Part shown: positions 33,761-45,246 of the stretch, piece after piece
How the letters are laid out: the number at the start of each line of letters is the position of its first letter
Position numbering within the stretch: position 1 is the stretch's first letter
Source of the DNA: Porphyridium purpureum
Lineage: Eukaryota
DNA: 64,000 bases
NCBI GenBank assembly: GCA_008690995.1
Contig: VRMN01000014.1
Coordinates: 124,001-188,000, forward strand
Reading direction: 5' to 3'
Position numbers and translations under genes: made by a program
The notes under the pieces: model-generated
What the model was told of the DNA's origin: nothing
The model's database searches: none
The model's input: only the letters and a program-made list of their open reading frames with translations

Positions 33761-33939
33761 TAATTTCCGGAAATTATCTTCCAGGATTGCGTGGCATCTG
33801 ACGTTGGTGCGAGAGAGGGTGGGGTGTGGACGTGAGATCGGTCTTGATCTTGGGCAAACTTGTGTCCACATTCTGATACGTACGGTCACCGAGTGAAGGA
33901 TTGCGAGAGAGGATTCGGAGCAGGAACGAAGTCGCAGAA

Positions 33940-34881
33940 ATGGTGCGTGGCAGGAAGACGACGATGGGCTCAGACGATGCGCGAGAGCACGCGTCCTCGA
34001 GCGAGCTGGAACGTGCACAGGCTGGCGCGCTGGCACCAGAGCCGACAATGCCCACGGCTCGTGGTGACGAGATAGGAAGTCATGGGGTTGTGAGTGTTCA
34101 GCAGAAGGAAGAGGGTGTCCCCGCCATTGTGCGCGGCAAGATTCGTTCTCAACTGGGCCAGGCTATTTGTGACGCGGGCGTGCAGATTGAGAAGGCCGGT
34201 GATCCACTTTTTCTGACCGCCAAGATGGTCTGGTTCAATCGCCTGCGTGACATGGGAGAGGATCCAGACCAACATGTATCCTCGATTGATGCAGTTTTCC
34301 GCGGGGTGGGGCTGAGGAAATGCTACGAGGTCCTGTCGGAGTTGCACGGTGCAACAGCACAAGAGGCATGGGCGGCTGTGGCTGCTTACTTCTACAACAA
34401 GGAGCACGAGCGCGCCCTTCGTGCAGAGCATCACGATGTTGAGTATGTTATTGGCCAGGACCTGAAGAAATTCGTGGAAGTTCTGGAGGATCGCTGCACG
34501 GCTCTGGGAGAATCTGACACTCGCAAGATTGAGGCACTTACGTTGGCGCTTCCGAAAAACTCCGAGCTGCGTCGTCAGGCCAGGACGTATGGCATACAGG
34601 GGAACTGGACCTTGATGAAGACTGCTCTGTTGGAGGAGGCTGGTCAGTATGGAACCTTTGGTGCGCTTGGCTCGCAGTACGGTGCAAGGGCAGTGAGGAA
34701 GCCCGAGCGCGTGCACCATTTGGGTAACTTTGATGAAGCTGGGCTCCCTGGGTTGAATCCTCGCAAGCGACTGGTCAAGTGCTGGGAGTGCCAGGAGCGG
34801 GGCCACGTTCGCATGGAGTGCCCAAAGTGGGAGAAAAATAAGAGGCAGAGGACCGAAGAACGCCAGACAAAAAACGAGTAG
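33940..34881 (+). CDS. gag: Chromovirus Gag with CCHC zinc knuckle
   Basis: CWECQERGHVRMEC; first in-frame ATG at 33940. Confidence 0.9.
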   Translation: MVRGRKTTMGSDDAREHASSSELERAQAGALAPEPTMPTARGDEIGSHGVVSVQQKEEGVPAIVRGKIRSQLGQAICDAGVQIEKAGDPLFLTAKMVWFNRLRDMGEDPDQHVSSIDAVFRGVGLRKCYEVLSELHGATAQEAWAAVAAYFYNKEHERALRAEHHDVEYVIGQDLKKFVEVLEDRCTALGESDTRKIEALTLALPKNSELRRQARTYGIQGNWTLMKTALLEEAGQYGTFGALGSQYGARAVRKPERVHHLGNFDEAGLPGLNPRKRLVKCWECQERGHVRMECPKWEKNKRQRTEERQTKNE

Positions 34882-34904
34882 CGGGGGGATGCGAAGGCCC
34901 CCCG
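34869..34904 (+). promoter_or_regulatory. -1 programmed ribosomal frameshift signal
   Basis: A_AAA_AAC slippery heptamer in the gag frame, a 6-nt spacer, then a CGGGGGG/CCCCCCG stem with a 9-nt loop; pol is in the -1 frame and open through the site. Confidence 0.88.
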
Positions 34905-37900
34905 GAATCTGAAGAATTGTCGGAGGCAGTCCCACTGGGCTCGTATCCGTGGATAGACGTACAGGCTGAATGGGGAGGTCTGAAGGTTCGGACTACTGCG
35001 CTGGTTGATACGGGGGCTTTATCCACGTGGATGAACGACGATTTGGCTGACCGTCTTGGGCTTCTTCGCAGAAAGACCCACACACAGGCATTGGGCCCAA
35101 CCAATGAGGTGTTGGGGGAGGCCGAGAAGAGCGTTGCCACAATTTGGGTTGGTGAGGGAATTCAGTCGGAGGAAAGCGTCCGGATTATGAGGAACCTCGG
35201 ACCTGATCTCATACTGGGAATGCGTTTTCTTGCCAAGCATGTCAGTTACTTGATCCCGGGAAGGGGTCTGGGCCTACGCTCGGGCGGATGGATTACTTTC
35301 GTCAACCGAGACGTTTCCAGTGCACAGGAAGCCGTGTGTCATACATGCCTGGAAAGACACAGGATCCTGGGATCGATGTATGAGGAAGCCAAACCCACGG
35401 TGCAGTTGGAGGCGGTGCACTATATTGCTGATGGAGCAGAAGTGAAGAAGCGAATCCAGGCCCTCGAAGAAAAGTATGCAGGTCACAACGAGGCTGTTTG
35501 TACTACCATTGAAGCCAAGATCTTTGAGCATTTGGATGAAGCGCAAAGCAGGGAGATGAAAGGGCTCTTGAAGAAGTTTTGGGTTCTCTTCCGGCCGGAG
35601 CTGGGTAAGACAGACCTCGTCGAGCATACGATTCGCATCAAGCCAGAGCGTTTGGAGGATCTCCCCAGGGCAAGGTTACGTCGCAGGGCTCCTGCGGTGA
35701 CGCAGGCTGAGCGCGAGATGGTGCAAGGGCTGGTCGCCCGAGGAGTGCTGGAGCCGAGTTTGTCAGATGTGTCGAGCCAGAATGTCATGGTCAAGAAGCC
35801 GAATGGCGGCTGGCGTCTGACGACAGACTTCCGAACGCTTAATGATGCGACTGTCAAAGATCGATATCCCATTCCGGACGTGGGAGAGATGATCGACTGG
35901 TTTGCATCGTGGAAGTTCAAGAGTATCCTGGATCTGAAGGATGGCTTCTTCCAGGTCCCTCTGGCCCCCGAGAGCCGACCATTGACAGCGATTATCACTC
36001 CGGACGGGCTGTTTCAATACTGCCGATTACCTCAGGGTTGCTGTAATAGCCCAAGTACCTTCCAGCGATTGACAAATACGGTCCTGGGCCCGCTCAGGTA
36101 CCTGAATGCATTGGTTTACATTGATGATTTGGCAATCGGGACAAAGACGTTTGAAGAGCACTTGCAAGCGCTGCAGCGGGTGCTGGAGCAATTCTGCGCT
36201 GCGGGCTTGGTGTTCTCATTGTCGAAGTGCAGATTTGGGGCTTTAAGGGTCGAGTTTCTTGGACATGATATCGGCCTGGACGGTATAAGGCCGAGCCAGA
36301 GGAAGACGGAGGCTGTGCGAGCATGGCAGGAGCCGAGGAATGCAAAGGAACTGCAGCAGTTCATTGGGCTCGTGGGGTGGTTCCGCAATTTTATCGAGGG
36401 ATTTGAGGAAGTCTGCAGACCTCTTAGGGATGCTATGAAGGGGCTTCAAATCAACGCCAAAGGAAGCAAGTGGAAAAAATACCCCATGAACTCGGCGGAT
36501 TGGCAGGCACGATTTGGTGAGCCTCAGCGTCAGGCATTTCTATCGCTGCGGGAAGCACTCAGTGATCCAGAAACTGGAGATCGAAAGGTTTTGGCTGCAT
36601 ACGACCCAGAAGCAGAGCATACGCTGTGGACAGACGCTTCTAGCACTGGCTTGGGAGCAATGTTGACGCAGAGGGAGGGTACTGGCGATCGTCCAGTGGC
36701 ATTTTACTCGAGGCTTCTGAGACCGGCCGAGCAGAACTATACCGTGACGGAGAAGGAGTGCTTGGCCGCCATTGCAGCCATGGAGCACTTCAGACATTAC
36801 TTGTACGGCAAACGATTCGTGCTCATGACTGACCACAGCGCATTGAGCTGGCTCATGAGGCAAAAGGAGCCTCAAGGTCGGATTGCGCGATGGATTCTCA
36901 AGGTACAGGACTTCGACTTCCAGGTTCAGCATCATCCAGGCAAGGCGAATACAGTGGCAGATGCGCTTTCGCGTCCAGCTGTACGTATGAATGGGGAAGA
37001 GGCTCGGGTGGCGAGCGAGAGCAATAAGTCTGAGACTCTCAACAACACGAGCGAAATCGAGCTCATTGGACTGAATGCTGTTGAGGATGAGGAAGTGAAG
37101 CGGGTAGTTCGGTTGGCTGAAATGCTGCAGGAAGAGATTCAGGGTCCAGCTTCGGGGGCCGATGGGGGTATGGTCCCTGTCACATCGGCCGGAGTGCGAG
37201 AGCTGCTGCTTCATACTGGCGAGCATACAGGAGCGAACGATGCGTACACACCACCTTCGACGGAAGAGATCGTGGCTGCATACGCAGACGACACGGACAT
37301 TCAGGAACAGTTGAAGAATCTGAAAGCAGACAAGCCCGAATACACGTACCCGGAGTACACCGTTGATGAGGATGGAGTCATCTGGGCTATGCTTCGCGAT
37401 GAGTCCAGGGTCGTGATACCAAACGCTCTGGTGCAGCGCGTCCTGCATGTGTATCACAGCACGCCACTTTCAGGGCACCTTGGAATAGAAAAGACTGCAA
37501 AGCGGGTCTCGGATGCACGATACTGGTGGACCGGTTGGACGGAAGATGTTCGTCAGTTTGTTCTTTGTTGCCATGAGTGCTTTTCAAGGAAAACAAAGGC
37601 GCCCCCGAGAAGGGCTCGCATGCAAGTCTATCGCGCGGTGAGACGTTTCGAGATTGTCTCGATAGATGTTCTGAGTATCACACCGACAACAACTCGCGGG
37701 CACAGCAAAGTGGTAATCATGGTGGACGCCTTCACAAAGTGGGTTCGTGCCCATGCAGTCAAGGATGAGACTGCGGCTACACTGGCACGTGTTTTACTAG
37801 ACGGTTGGGTGTGCGATTTTGGACCGCCAGAATCTCTGCTGTCCGACCGGGGACCGGGCTTTGTAGCCGACATCCTTTCAAAAATGTGTGAAAATCTGGG

Positions 37901-38654
37901 TGTAGGACGTATGCTTACGACAGCATACCATCCGCAGACGAACGGGGTTGTGGAGCGCTTTAACCAGACAGTGTGTCAAATGTTGTCGGCATACGTGTGT
38001 GCGAACGGAAAAGACTGGGATCGCTGGTTGCCGGTAATGGTGTATGCGTATAATACAGCCCGGCATGCATCCACGAAGATGTCTCCGTTTGAACTGTTGT
38101 ATGGTGAGCCGGCACGGGACTGGGCAAGTATGGCGGGACCCAGAGCTGTTGAACAAGCAGATGACCTCGCGAAGAAGCTTGCTGCATGTCACGCCATTGC
38201 CAATAAGAATGCGAAGATCGCACAGGATCGGTACACGAAGAACTATGATCGCCGAGTCAGGGAACATGACTTCAAGCCGGGCGACGTGGTGTACGTTTGG
38301 GCGCCGCCTTCAGGAGAAGGGCGCAAGCTGAAAAAGCCGTGGGTAGGACCACTATCCATCCTGAGAATGGTCGGGGTTCATGCAGTACTGTGCAGTGAAG
38401 GCCATCCTGACGGGAAGTTGGTCCACGTGAACCGGCTTGCTCGGGCCCACAAGGACCTCATTGAGGCAAGTGGATCCCAAGTCTTGCAAGGAGAAGACGG
38501 CAGCTGGGCTATAGAGGCTATAGCCGGGGATCGGGTTGTGGGCGGACGCCGAGAGTACAGAGTTAGATGGCGAGGACTCGGTAAACGTGGGGATACGTGG
38601 GAACCTGAGCTCGCATTGCCACCAATGATGGTGGCTGCCTACCGTGACGCGTGA
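34869..38654 (+). CDS. pol: Chromovirus Pol (protease, RT, RNase H, integrase, chromodomain), expressed by -1 frameshift
   Basis: ALVDTGA, LDLKDGFFQ, YIDD, WTDAS, YH..GH.G/CHEC, SDRG, YHPQTNGVVER, and C-terminal WAIEAI..EYRVRWRG...DTWEPE chromodomain. Confidence 0.96.
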   Translation, partial: KKRVAGGCEGPPESEELSEAVPLGSYPWIDVQAEWGGLKVRTTALVDTGALSTWMNDDLADRLGLLRRKTHTQALGPTNEVLGEAEKSVATIWVGEGIQSEESVRIMRNLGPDLILGMRFLAKHVSYLIPGRGLGLRSGGWITFVNRDVSSAQEAVCHTCLERHRILGSMYEEAKPTVQLEAVHYIADGAEVKKRIQALEEKYAGHNEAVCTTIEAKIFEHLDEAQSREMKGLLKKFWVLFRPELGKTDLVEHTIRIKPERLEDLPRARLRRRAPAVTQAEREMVQGLVARGVLEPSLSDVSSQNVMVKKPNGGWRLTTDFRTLNDATVKDRYPIPDVGEMIDWFASWKFKSILDLKDGFFQVPLAPESRPLTAIITPDGLFQYCRLPQGCCNSPSTFQRLTNTVLGPLRYLNALVYIDDLAIGTKTFEEHLQALQRVLEQFCAAGLVFSLSKCRFGALRVEFLGHDIGLDGIRPSQRKTEAVRAWQEPRNAKELQQFIGLVGWFRNFIEGFEEVCRPLRDAMKGLQINAKGSKWKKYPMNSADWQARFGEPQRQAFLSLREALSDPETGDRKVLAAYDPEAEHTLWTDASSTGLGAMLTQREGTGDRPVAFYSRLLRPAEQNYTVTEKECLAAIAAMEHFRHYLYGKRFVLMTDHSALSWLMRQKEPQGRIARWILKVQDFDFQVQHHPGKANTVADALSRPAVRMNGEEARVASESNKSETLNNTSEIELIGLNAVEDEEVKRVVRLAEMLQEEIQGPASGADGGMVPVTSAGVRELLLHTGEHTGANDAYTPPSTEEIVAAYADDTDIQEQLKNLKADKPEYTYPEYTVDEDGVIWAMLRDESRVVIPNALVQRVLHVYHSTPLSGHLGIEKTAKRVSDARYWWTGWTEDVRQFVLCCHECFSRKTKAPPRRARMQVYRAVRRFEIVSIDVLSITPTTTRGHSKVVIMVDAFTKWVRAHAVKDETAATLARVLLDGWVCDFGPPESLLSDRGPGFVADILSKMCENLGVGRMLTTAYHPQTNGVVERFNQTVCQMLSAYVCANGKDWDRWLPVMVYAYNTARHASTKMSPFELLYGEPARDWASMAGPRAVEQADDLAKKLAACHAIANKNAKIAQDRYTKNYDRRVREHDFKPGDVVYVWAPPSGEGRKLKKPWVGPLSILRMVGVHAVLCSEGHPDGKLVHVNRLARAHKDLIEASGSQVLQGEDGSWAIEAIAGDRVVGGRREYRVRWRGLGKRGDTWEPELALPPMMVAAYRDA

Positions 38655-38873
38655 CCAGTGGCGGAACCTCGGACACACCGGCCGGGTGGAGGGCCACGTG
38701 GACGGACGTCCTCTTCGAGTACTTACGTTGCCAAGACGGGCACACGAAGCCGATGGCCAGTGCACGGGCGACATCGAGCTTGAGACGTGGATGCCGGACG
38801 CGTCAAGCATTGGCATGTGCTGTAAGTATGAAGTGACTCTCCGGAAGCTTCGGACCATGTGATACCTGACATT

Positions 38874-38893
38874 GGGAAGCGGAGAGGGTGGGA
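38874..38893 (+). promoter_or_regulatory. Polypurine tract
   Basis: GGGAAGCGGAGAGGGTGGGA immediately before the 3' LTR. Confidence 0.85.
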
Positions 38894-39939
38894 TGTCACG
38901 GGAGTAGCCCGTGTGTTAAGGAAATGATTAAAAATAGCCATAGTCCGTGGCCGGATACCTGGTCGCGCCGGACCCACTGTACTGTAGGTGTACAAGGGGG
39001 CGCGTGGTAGGCCTGAAGGCCCCTTCCCTTAGGGACCAGACGCGCGATGACCACCCAGTATGGAATGGGTGTACAGCCAGGAGGTGGCTGGAACCTTCTG
39101 GAAGGTTCTAGACTCAGCGACAGCAAGGCACTGTACCTCGGGGGTACAGTGGTCGCGATGGGTATAAAAAGACGCGCGGGTCGGCAACCAAGGGGGGGAG
39201 AGGGGGGTCGGGAGACAGAAGGAGTAAGGTGGATCTAAGTAAAAACAGGTGTATTCAAGGAAGCGTGTTCGGGCCTTGGGTACCTGTTGAGGGAGCGGGG
39301 GTACAGCGGGAGTACAGCGGGGGTACGGCGGGGGTACGGCGGGAGTACAGCGCGAGCGAGCGAGCGGGGGGTTTAACGGGGAAGGTTCGCGGATGCCCTG
39401 GGGTAAGGCGTCATTAGACGGTCCTTGTTCGGAAGCGGATCCGGGGGTGGTACGTGGGCGGGGGCGGATAAAGGAGTGATAGGCCGTTTGAAGCCGAAAG
39501 GTGAGGTAACCTCCTCCGGCTAACCCCGGCTGCCCACAACGCCTCCCCGGGTCCCGGATCACCGTAAGGTGTGGCCGAACGGGATCCCGGTTGGGCAGCG
39601 GACGCCTGGTTCCCCCGTTACGCGCGTCTTCCGTGTGTGTGCTTTTGGTTGGCTGTGCCTGCTCCGTGCGTGTGCTCTTGGTTGGCTGTGTCTTTCCCGT
39701 GTGTCTGCTCTTGGTTGGTTCTGTCGGTCCCGTGTGTGGGTGCTCTTGGCTGTTTGCGTGTGAGCAGCGTGCGTGAGCATCGTTGGTTCCGGGTTTCCTG
39801 CCTGCCGCAGGTCCAGTTGACTGCGGGTGTCTTGTGTTTCCTCTTGGTTGCGTGGATTGTCCAGCTTGTGTGCGTGCGTGTGCCGCTTGGCTTGCTGTTG
39901 GGTGTGCCGCTGTGTCCTGGGCCAGCACGGTTCGTGACA
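38894..39939 (+). repeat. Chromovirus 3' LTR (1046 bp)
   Basis: Direct repeat of the 5' LTR. Confidence 0.96.
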
Positions 39940-41788
39940 AGTGGAAGGAAAAGCCCGAGTTCGCGGAACTACGAGGCTAGATTTTAGCCTCCTGTTCTTG
40001 GTAAACTGAATTCCTTTATTCCTTGCTGACAAACGGTGGGTAAGGAAGCCGTAAAACTCATTGCGGAGTGCATTTTGCTACTCCTGCTTTAGAAGCGCCC
40101 TAGCGCTTTCCCGTTTATTCTGATAAAAGCTGGCTAATACTGTTGAGGCTTCCGTCACGACTGAGATGTTCGTCAAAGTTAAACAAACAGTTTATACTCG
40201 TCAGTGCAAAGTTACGCTTTTCACTCCCTAAATCCGTAGCCCTTCTTTTTTGTCACGCCGCCGCCGGGTCGCTCACCAGACCACGCTTTTACACCCAGAA
40301 AGCCGCAAACTCGTCGTTACTGAAATCCCTGGTCGGGCACAGGAGCGCCTACCGCCGAAAGACACGTGCATCGGCACCAACATCTAGAGTATTCTAAGTG
40401 GTGCCATGACTTGTCGGCTCAGCCTGAAACCCAGAACAAATACACGAGCAAAAGCGCGCGACCGCTCGCCTCCGCACGACTGTTGTGCGGGTCGCAAGTG
40501 CGACAATCATGGACACGTCTCCAAAATACAAACACAGAATAGCACTCTTCCGAAACATTGAGCCGCACGCCTGCCCAGTATAGTGCGCGCGTCGGCGGGC
40601 CTGTGTAGTGTTGTTGAGCCTGTGCGTTTGACAAAATCGGATAGTCCTACCGATCAGTCATACTGGAAAATGCATCTGGAGATTAGAATCAGTGCAAACA
40701 GATTGCATAACTTTTCCGACACCGCGAGACCCTACTTGACAAGGTGATCATTCGGGACAGAATACCGGTGTCATGCGCAAGAACCTAAAAATCGAACAGA
40801 CGCATGGGACTGACAGCATGATCAAAAGCGTGAATTCACAAATCAGATTTTAATACAGAAGTTCGACCTCAAAAATGGCCTCTGAAGCTGAACACGAAAG
40901 TAGAAATGAGCGTGCGAGACGGTGAGGGCAGTATACTTTTGAATCGTAACTTGGTCAGAGGTAAAATCGAACATGCGTAAACGAAGCGACTGTATACTGT
41001 CAACTTCGACAGACAACGCGCTCATGTGAAAAGGCAAGACACGGCTGCCTCACGAGCAGGACCTCGAATCACAGCCAAATTTCACGTCATACTTGTGTAA
41101 AGTTAATTCGTTGTTAGAAATGGTCGCAACAGGTTTTTCGTTTGTTGCAGGGCAGCTTGAGATGTGGTGCAAAAGAGGGTGATCGTACGCGGCCCGTCGT
41201 GGACAAGCGGAAAGCCGTGTAGTTCGACAGGGCGTACGCCTCCGCGGACGGGGCCGCCACCGGAATCGAAGGGGTGCGGTGGAAGGGTTAGCGCGGCGAA
41301 GAATTCGGGTAAGGTTTTTTTTCCCTGATGGGTCTTTTAGCGCGACGACTGGCCCATAAAATGCCGCAAAGTTCTGCTGGGATCGATGTACTGAGAGACT
41401 GAAACCGCATGGATTTTTGGCAACGAAACTGGTGTTCGTAACTTTTTGGATTCATCCGCTCGGGCAGAGGTAGCTGGAGAGCGTATGTTGCTGGGAATGG
41501 AGGAAGGACCAATGGGATAGAGTATTTACGGAAAGATACGTTCGTGCGAGACTGGGACTGCTTACGGGGCGTTGCTGTTTGTCCTCTCTTGCGGGGCCGC
41601 AGCACCTCCAACATATGTGGTGCGCGCACGGCCATCGCGTCCTGCTCGGCGCCGAAGCTCCGTGCGCCAGTGAACTGTACCTCTCAACTCACCTGCTTTG
41701 CGTGCACTGTACCTCCGGATGGGCTGGACGCGCGCTTGGCGCGAGCGCGTGTGGCCGTGCGCGCACCACAGGCAGGTGCGTTGACGGC

Positions 41789-43143
41789 ATGGCGCAGCCG
41801 ACGCGCTGCGCGATAAGCTCGCTGCGCGCTCGGCAGTGGTGGGCGTCCTCGGCCTCGGGTATGTGGGGCTGCCGCTGTGCGCGTGCGTCCACCGCGCCGG
41901 GTTTCGCGTGCTGGGATTCGACATCGACCGGGACAAGATCGACAAGCTCCAGCGCGCCCATTCGTACATTGTGTACATTCCGCAGGATACCTGGGACAAG
42001 CTCAGCCAGTCCGCGCAATTCGAGCCCACAGATGACTTTGAGCGCCTGCGCGAGGTGGACGTGTTCGTGATCTGCCTGCCCACGCCCGTGGGGCCGCACA
42101 ACGAGCCCGACCTGCAGTACGTGTTCGGGGCCGTCCAGACCATCGCAGCCAAAATGAAACCAGGATCGCTCGTCATTCTGGAGTCCACGACGTACCCGGG
42201 CACGACTGACACAGATGTGGTCGCACTGCTGCGCGACAATGTCGGTGCGGCCTGGTTGACGGAGCGCACTGCGCCCGTGCTTGGCGAGAACTTCTTCGTC
42301 GCATTTTCACCCGAGCGCGAAGATCCGGCTAACCAGATGTTTGCATACGAGACGATTCCAAAGCTCGTTGGTGGCGTGTGTGCCACGTCTGGTGCCTTGG
42401 CAGCTGAATTCTACAAGCAGGCCGGATTTGCGACCCCAGTGCTTGTCGAGTCGGCGCGTGTGGCGGAATGCGCCAAGCTGGTTGAGAATATTTATCGGTC
42501 GGTGAACATTGCTCTCGTGAACGAGCTCAAAGTCGTATTTGAGGCTATGGATGTGAACATCTGGAGCGTACTGGACGCGGCTCAGACCAAACCATTCGGA
42601 TTTCATCGCTTCAATCCGGGGCCTGGCGTCGGAGGGCACTGCATTGGTGTTGACCCATTCTACTTGTCGTGGAAGGCAAAGGAGTTTGGTCAAAACTGCG
42701 ACTTTGTGCAGCTCGCGGCACGCGTTAACGCGTCCATGCCGGACTTTGTGGTGGGGCGCGTGGCAGCAGCTCTCAACGAATTGGGACGCGCGCTGAATGG
42801 CAGCCGCGTTCTGCTGATTGGCGTTGCGTTTAAAGCAGATGTTGACGATATGCGAGGGTCGCCATCGCTTGAGGTTTGGGAGAGATTGCGAAAGGGAGGT
42901 GCGCTTGTCAGTTACTATGATCCCATGATTTCAGTGATCCCTCCGACGAGGGAGCACCGCTTACTCATGGGACAAGAGAGCGTGACATGGAACCGAGAGT
43001 CGATTGATGGACACGATTGTTTGGTCTTGTTGACGAATCACTCGCAAATCGATTACTCCATCTTGAAGTCCTATTCTGGGGTTGTGGTTGACACAAGAAA
43101 TGCGGTGCCCAAAGACTTGGATATCCGCGTTGTGCAGGCTTGA
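41789..43143 (+). CDS. UDP-N-acetyl-hexosamine 6-dehydrogenase, bacterial WbpA/WecC type (ATG at 41789 is one base out of frame)
   Basis: VGVLGLGYVGLP, ICLPTP, LESTTYPGTT, FSPEREDP, AKLVENIYRSVNIALVNE, PGPGVGGHCIGVDP, GVAFKADVDDMRGSP, VDTRN. Confidence 0.92.
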
Positions 43144-43475
43144 CGACGAATCGAAGCGCGCATCGCGATTGTTCGCGAGCGTGGCAACACACAAAAATTC
43201 GCGGCTTGTCAAAGCCAAGTTTACGTGTGTCGCTCATCGAGACTTTAAAGAAGTCTGTGTGTAGATATTTTTTCGGGGGAGGAAACATTAAACAAGGCCT
43301 TTTGGGGCCTTGAATTTTGAGTTTCTTGGACGAGAGGACGATCATTCGTACCTTAATCGCGTGCACAGGGCGAGAGCGGAATTCAATCCAATAACTGTAC
43401 CCCGCTCCGCACAGCGTCGAAGAGGTCCTTCGCGTTCTTTCCTTGCGTGTGCACGACCATGTTCCTCGTCCATGG

Positions 43476-44379
43476 TCACGCGGTGTGATTGAGACCGTTT
43501 ACACATGCCACAATCTCCTGCACGTCGGCCATGGCGCCCACTCCGATGTCCCCGCAGATGAGTGTCTTGCTGACAGGAGGTACGACACGCACGTTGTGTC
43601 GGCTGGACACCTGCTGCATCTGTGCGCGCGTGATATCACTTTCCCACATGTACGTGTTCATGGCCGGCGCCAGGACCAGCCAGCAGTGATTGTAGTCCCA
43701 CGCGCGTGCGACGTTGGTGAGCAGGTTATCGCACAAGCCAATTGTGATTTTCGCGAGCGTGTTTGCACTGAGCGGGGCCAGGACAAGAACGTCAGCCCAC
43801 TTGCGCAGCTCGATGTGGAGCACTGGGTCGCCGCGTTTTTGCCATGTGGTCCTTCACGAAAGAGCAGCATCACACCACGCATAAAATTCGGTTTGTCAGT
43901 CTCAAAGCTTGTACGCAAGAACCAAAGCAGTCATGAAACCACGCCGTTGGACACCAGAAGCCGAGCGCCTAGCCGCATGAAAGTCTACGATTCTGCGCCA
44001 CAGTGACGTACCATTCATCAGCATCGCGCCAGACGCGCACATTGAGCGGAACCTTGGCCTCGCATTCGAGAAACTTGTCTGCACTTTCCGTCACAATAAT
44101 CTGCACCTGCACGCGCCCAAAGTGATCCGAACAACAGCGAAAGCAGAAACCGCACCGCCGAGCACACAATCCTCACGAATCAGCGACTGTGCGCGAACAA
44201 AGAACCACCCGCGTACACGCACGCACGCGAGCACGCCGGAGCCGCATTCATGCCGCCGCGCGCAGAGCGGCGCGAATTCGCGCGCAACGTACCTCGTGGT
44301 CTGCGCGCACCAAGAAGTCCGCGAGCTGCGGCACCTTGAGCGCGGCAACCGAGCCGCTGGCCGCTAGCAGCACGCGCAT
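43476..44379 (-). CDS. PPCDC: Phosphopantothenoylcysteine decarboxylase (HAL3-like); exons 44379-44293, 44106-44012, 43851-43476
   Basis: MRVLLAASGSVAALK..|..WRDADEW|TTWQKRGDPVLHIELRKWAD..APLSANTLAK..GLCDNLLT..PAMNTYMW..KTLICGDIGVGAM; GTACG donors and AG acceptors splice in frame. Confidence 0.93.
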
Positions 44380-44512
44380 CGCAGAGAGTGCGTGATCGCG
44401 CCTCGGTCACTGCTGGGCCGACCCGTCCAGCGGCAAACAATTTTAGCCGCGCGTCTCGCAGCGCTGTGTCGAAGGGCGAAGCGACGCGGCGGGCAGCGTG
44501 CGCATTAGGAGA

Positions 44513-45081
44513 ATGGCGCTTTCGGAGCCGGCGCGCGACGCGAGCGCCGTGGGAGCGGGCCCGATCCTCCCGCTGGAGATGATCGACCGGTGCATTGGCT
44601 CGCGCATCTGGATCGTCATGCGCGGCGAGCGCGAGTTTGTCGGTACGCTGCGCGGGTTCGACGACTTTGTCAACGTCGTGCTCGAGGATGTGACCGAGTA
44701 TGAGGAGACGTCGGACGGTCTCCAAGTTCGAAAACTCGATCAGGTACGTGACGTCTTTTGCGCTCCCCTGTGGAAGTCGGCAGTTTTGTGAACGCGCGTG
44801 CCCAGGCTCGGCACGTCGTCTCGAAGTCTCAAACTGCGCGAAAGCTTTGTTTAGATCCATCCAGAACCATCTTCTGACCCAACGCATCTATTGTGCGTGT
44901 GTGCTGCGTTTGTCTGCGCTTGTGCGCGCTGTGTCTCTTGCTTTGGCTTTATCCGCTTCTATGCCACACGTGTACGCTTGTTGTTGTCGCCCCCTTCTTT
45001 GTGCAGATCATGCTCAATGGCATCCACATCTGCATGATGGTGCCGGGCTCCGAGGGCCCGGATCACAGCATTCCTTCGTGA
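44513..45081 (+). CDS. LSM5: U6 snRNA-associated Sm-like protein LSm5; exons 44513-44743 and 45007-45081
   Basis: [47 protein letters not shown]...[18 protein letters not shown]. Confidence 0.95.
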
Positions 45082-45246
45082 CCACGTTCGGCACGAGGAA
45101 CTCCGCGCGGCGGCTCGTGTCTACCAGACCAAGTGCGCTCTTTTCGTGTGTCAATAAAACCATCTGATGCTACTCGCGAAACGTGCGCCGTCGCCGTCGT
45201 CTCGCACGAAATCGCGGCGGGACCGTAGCCCCGAGCAAGACGCAGA

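Larger units (their letters stand above)
32714..39939 (+). mobile_element. Ty3/gypsy chromovirus, apparently intact, with 4-bp TSD AGTG
   Basis: LTRs TGTCAC...GTGACA at 32714-33760 and 38894-39939; AGTG at 32710-32713 and 39940-39943; gag followed by pol (PR-RT-RH-INT-chromodomain); PPT before the 3' LTR. Confidence 0.96.

Noticed and set aside
39944..41700. Intergenic tract with TGTCAC and TATA-like motifs, possibly another solo LTR or an ncRNA
   Set aside because: No matched termini, TSD or recognisable RNA motif could be defined by eye.
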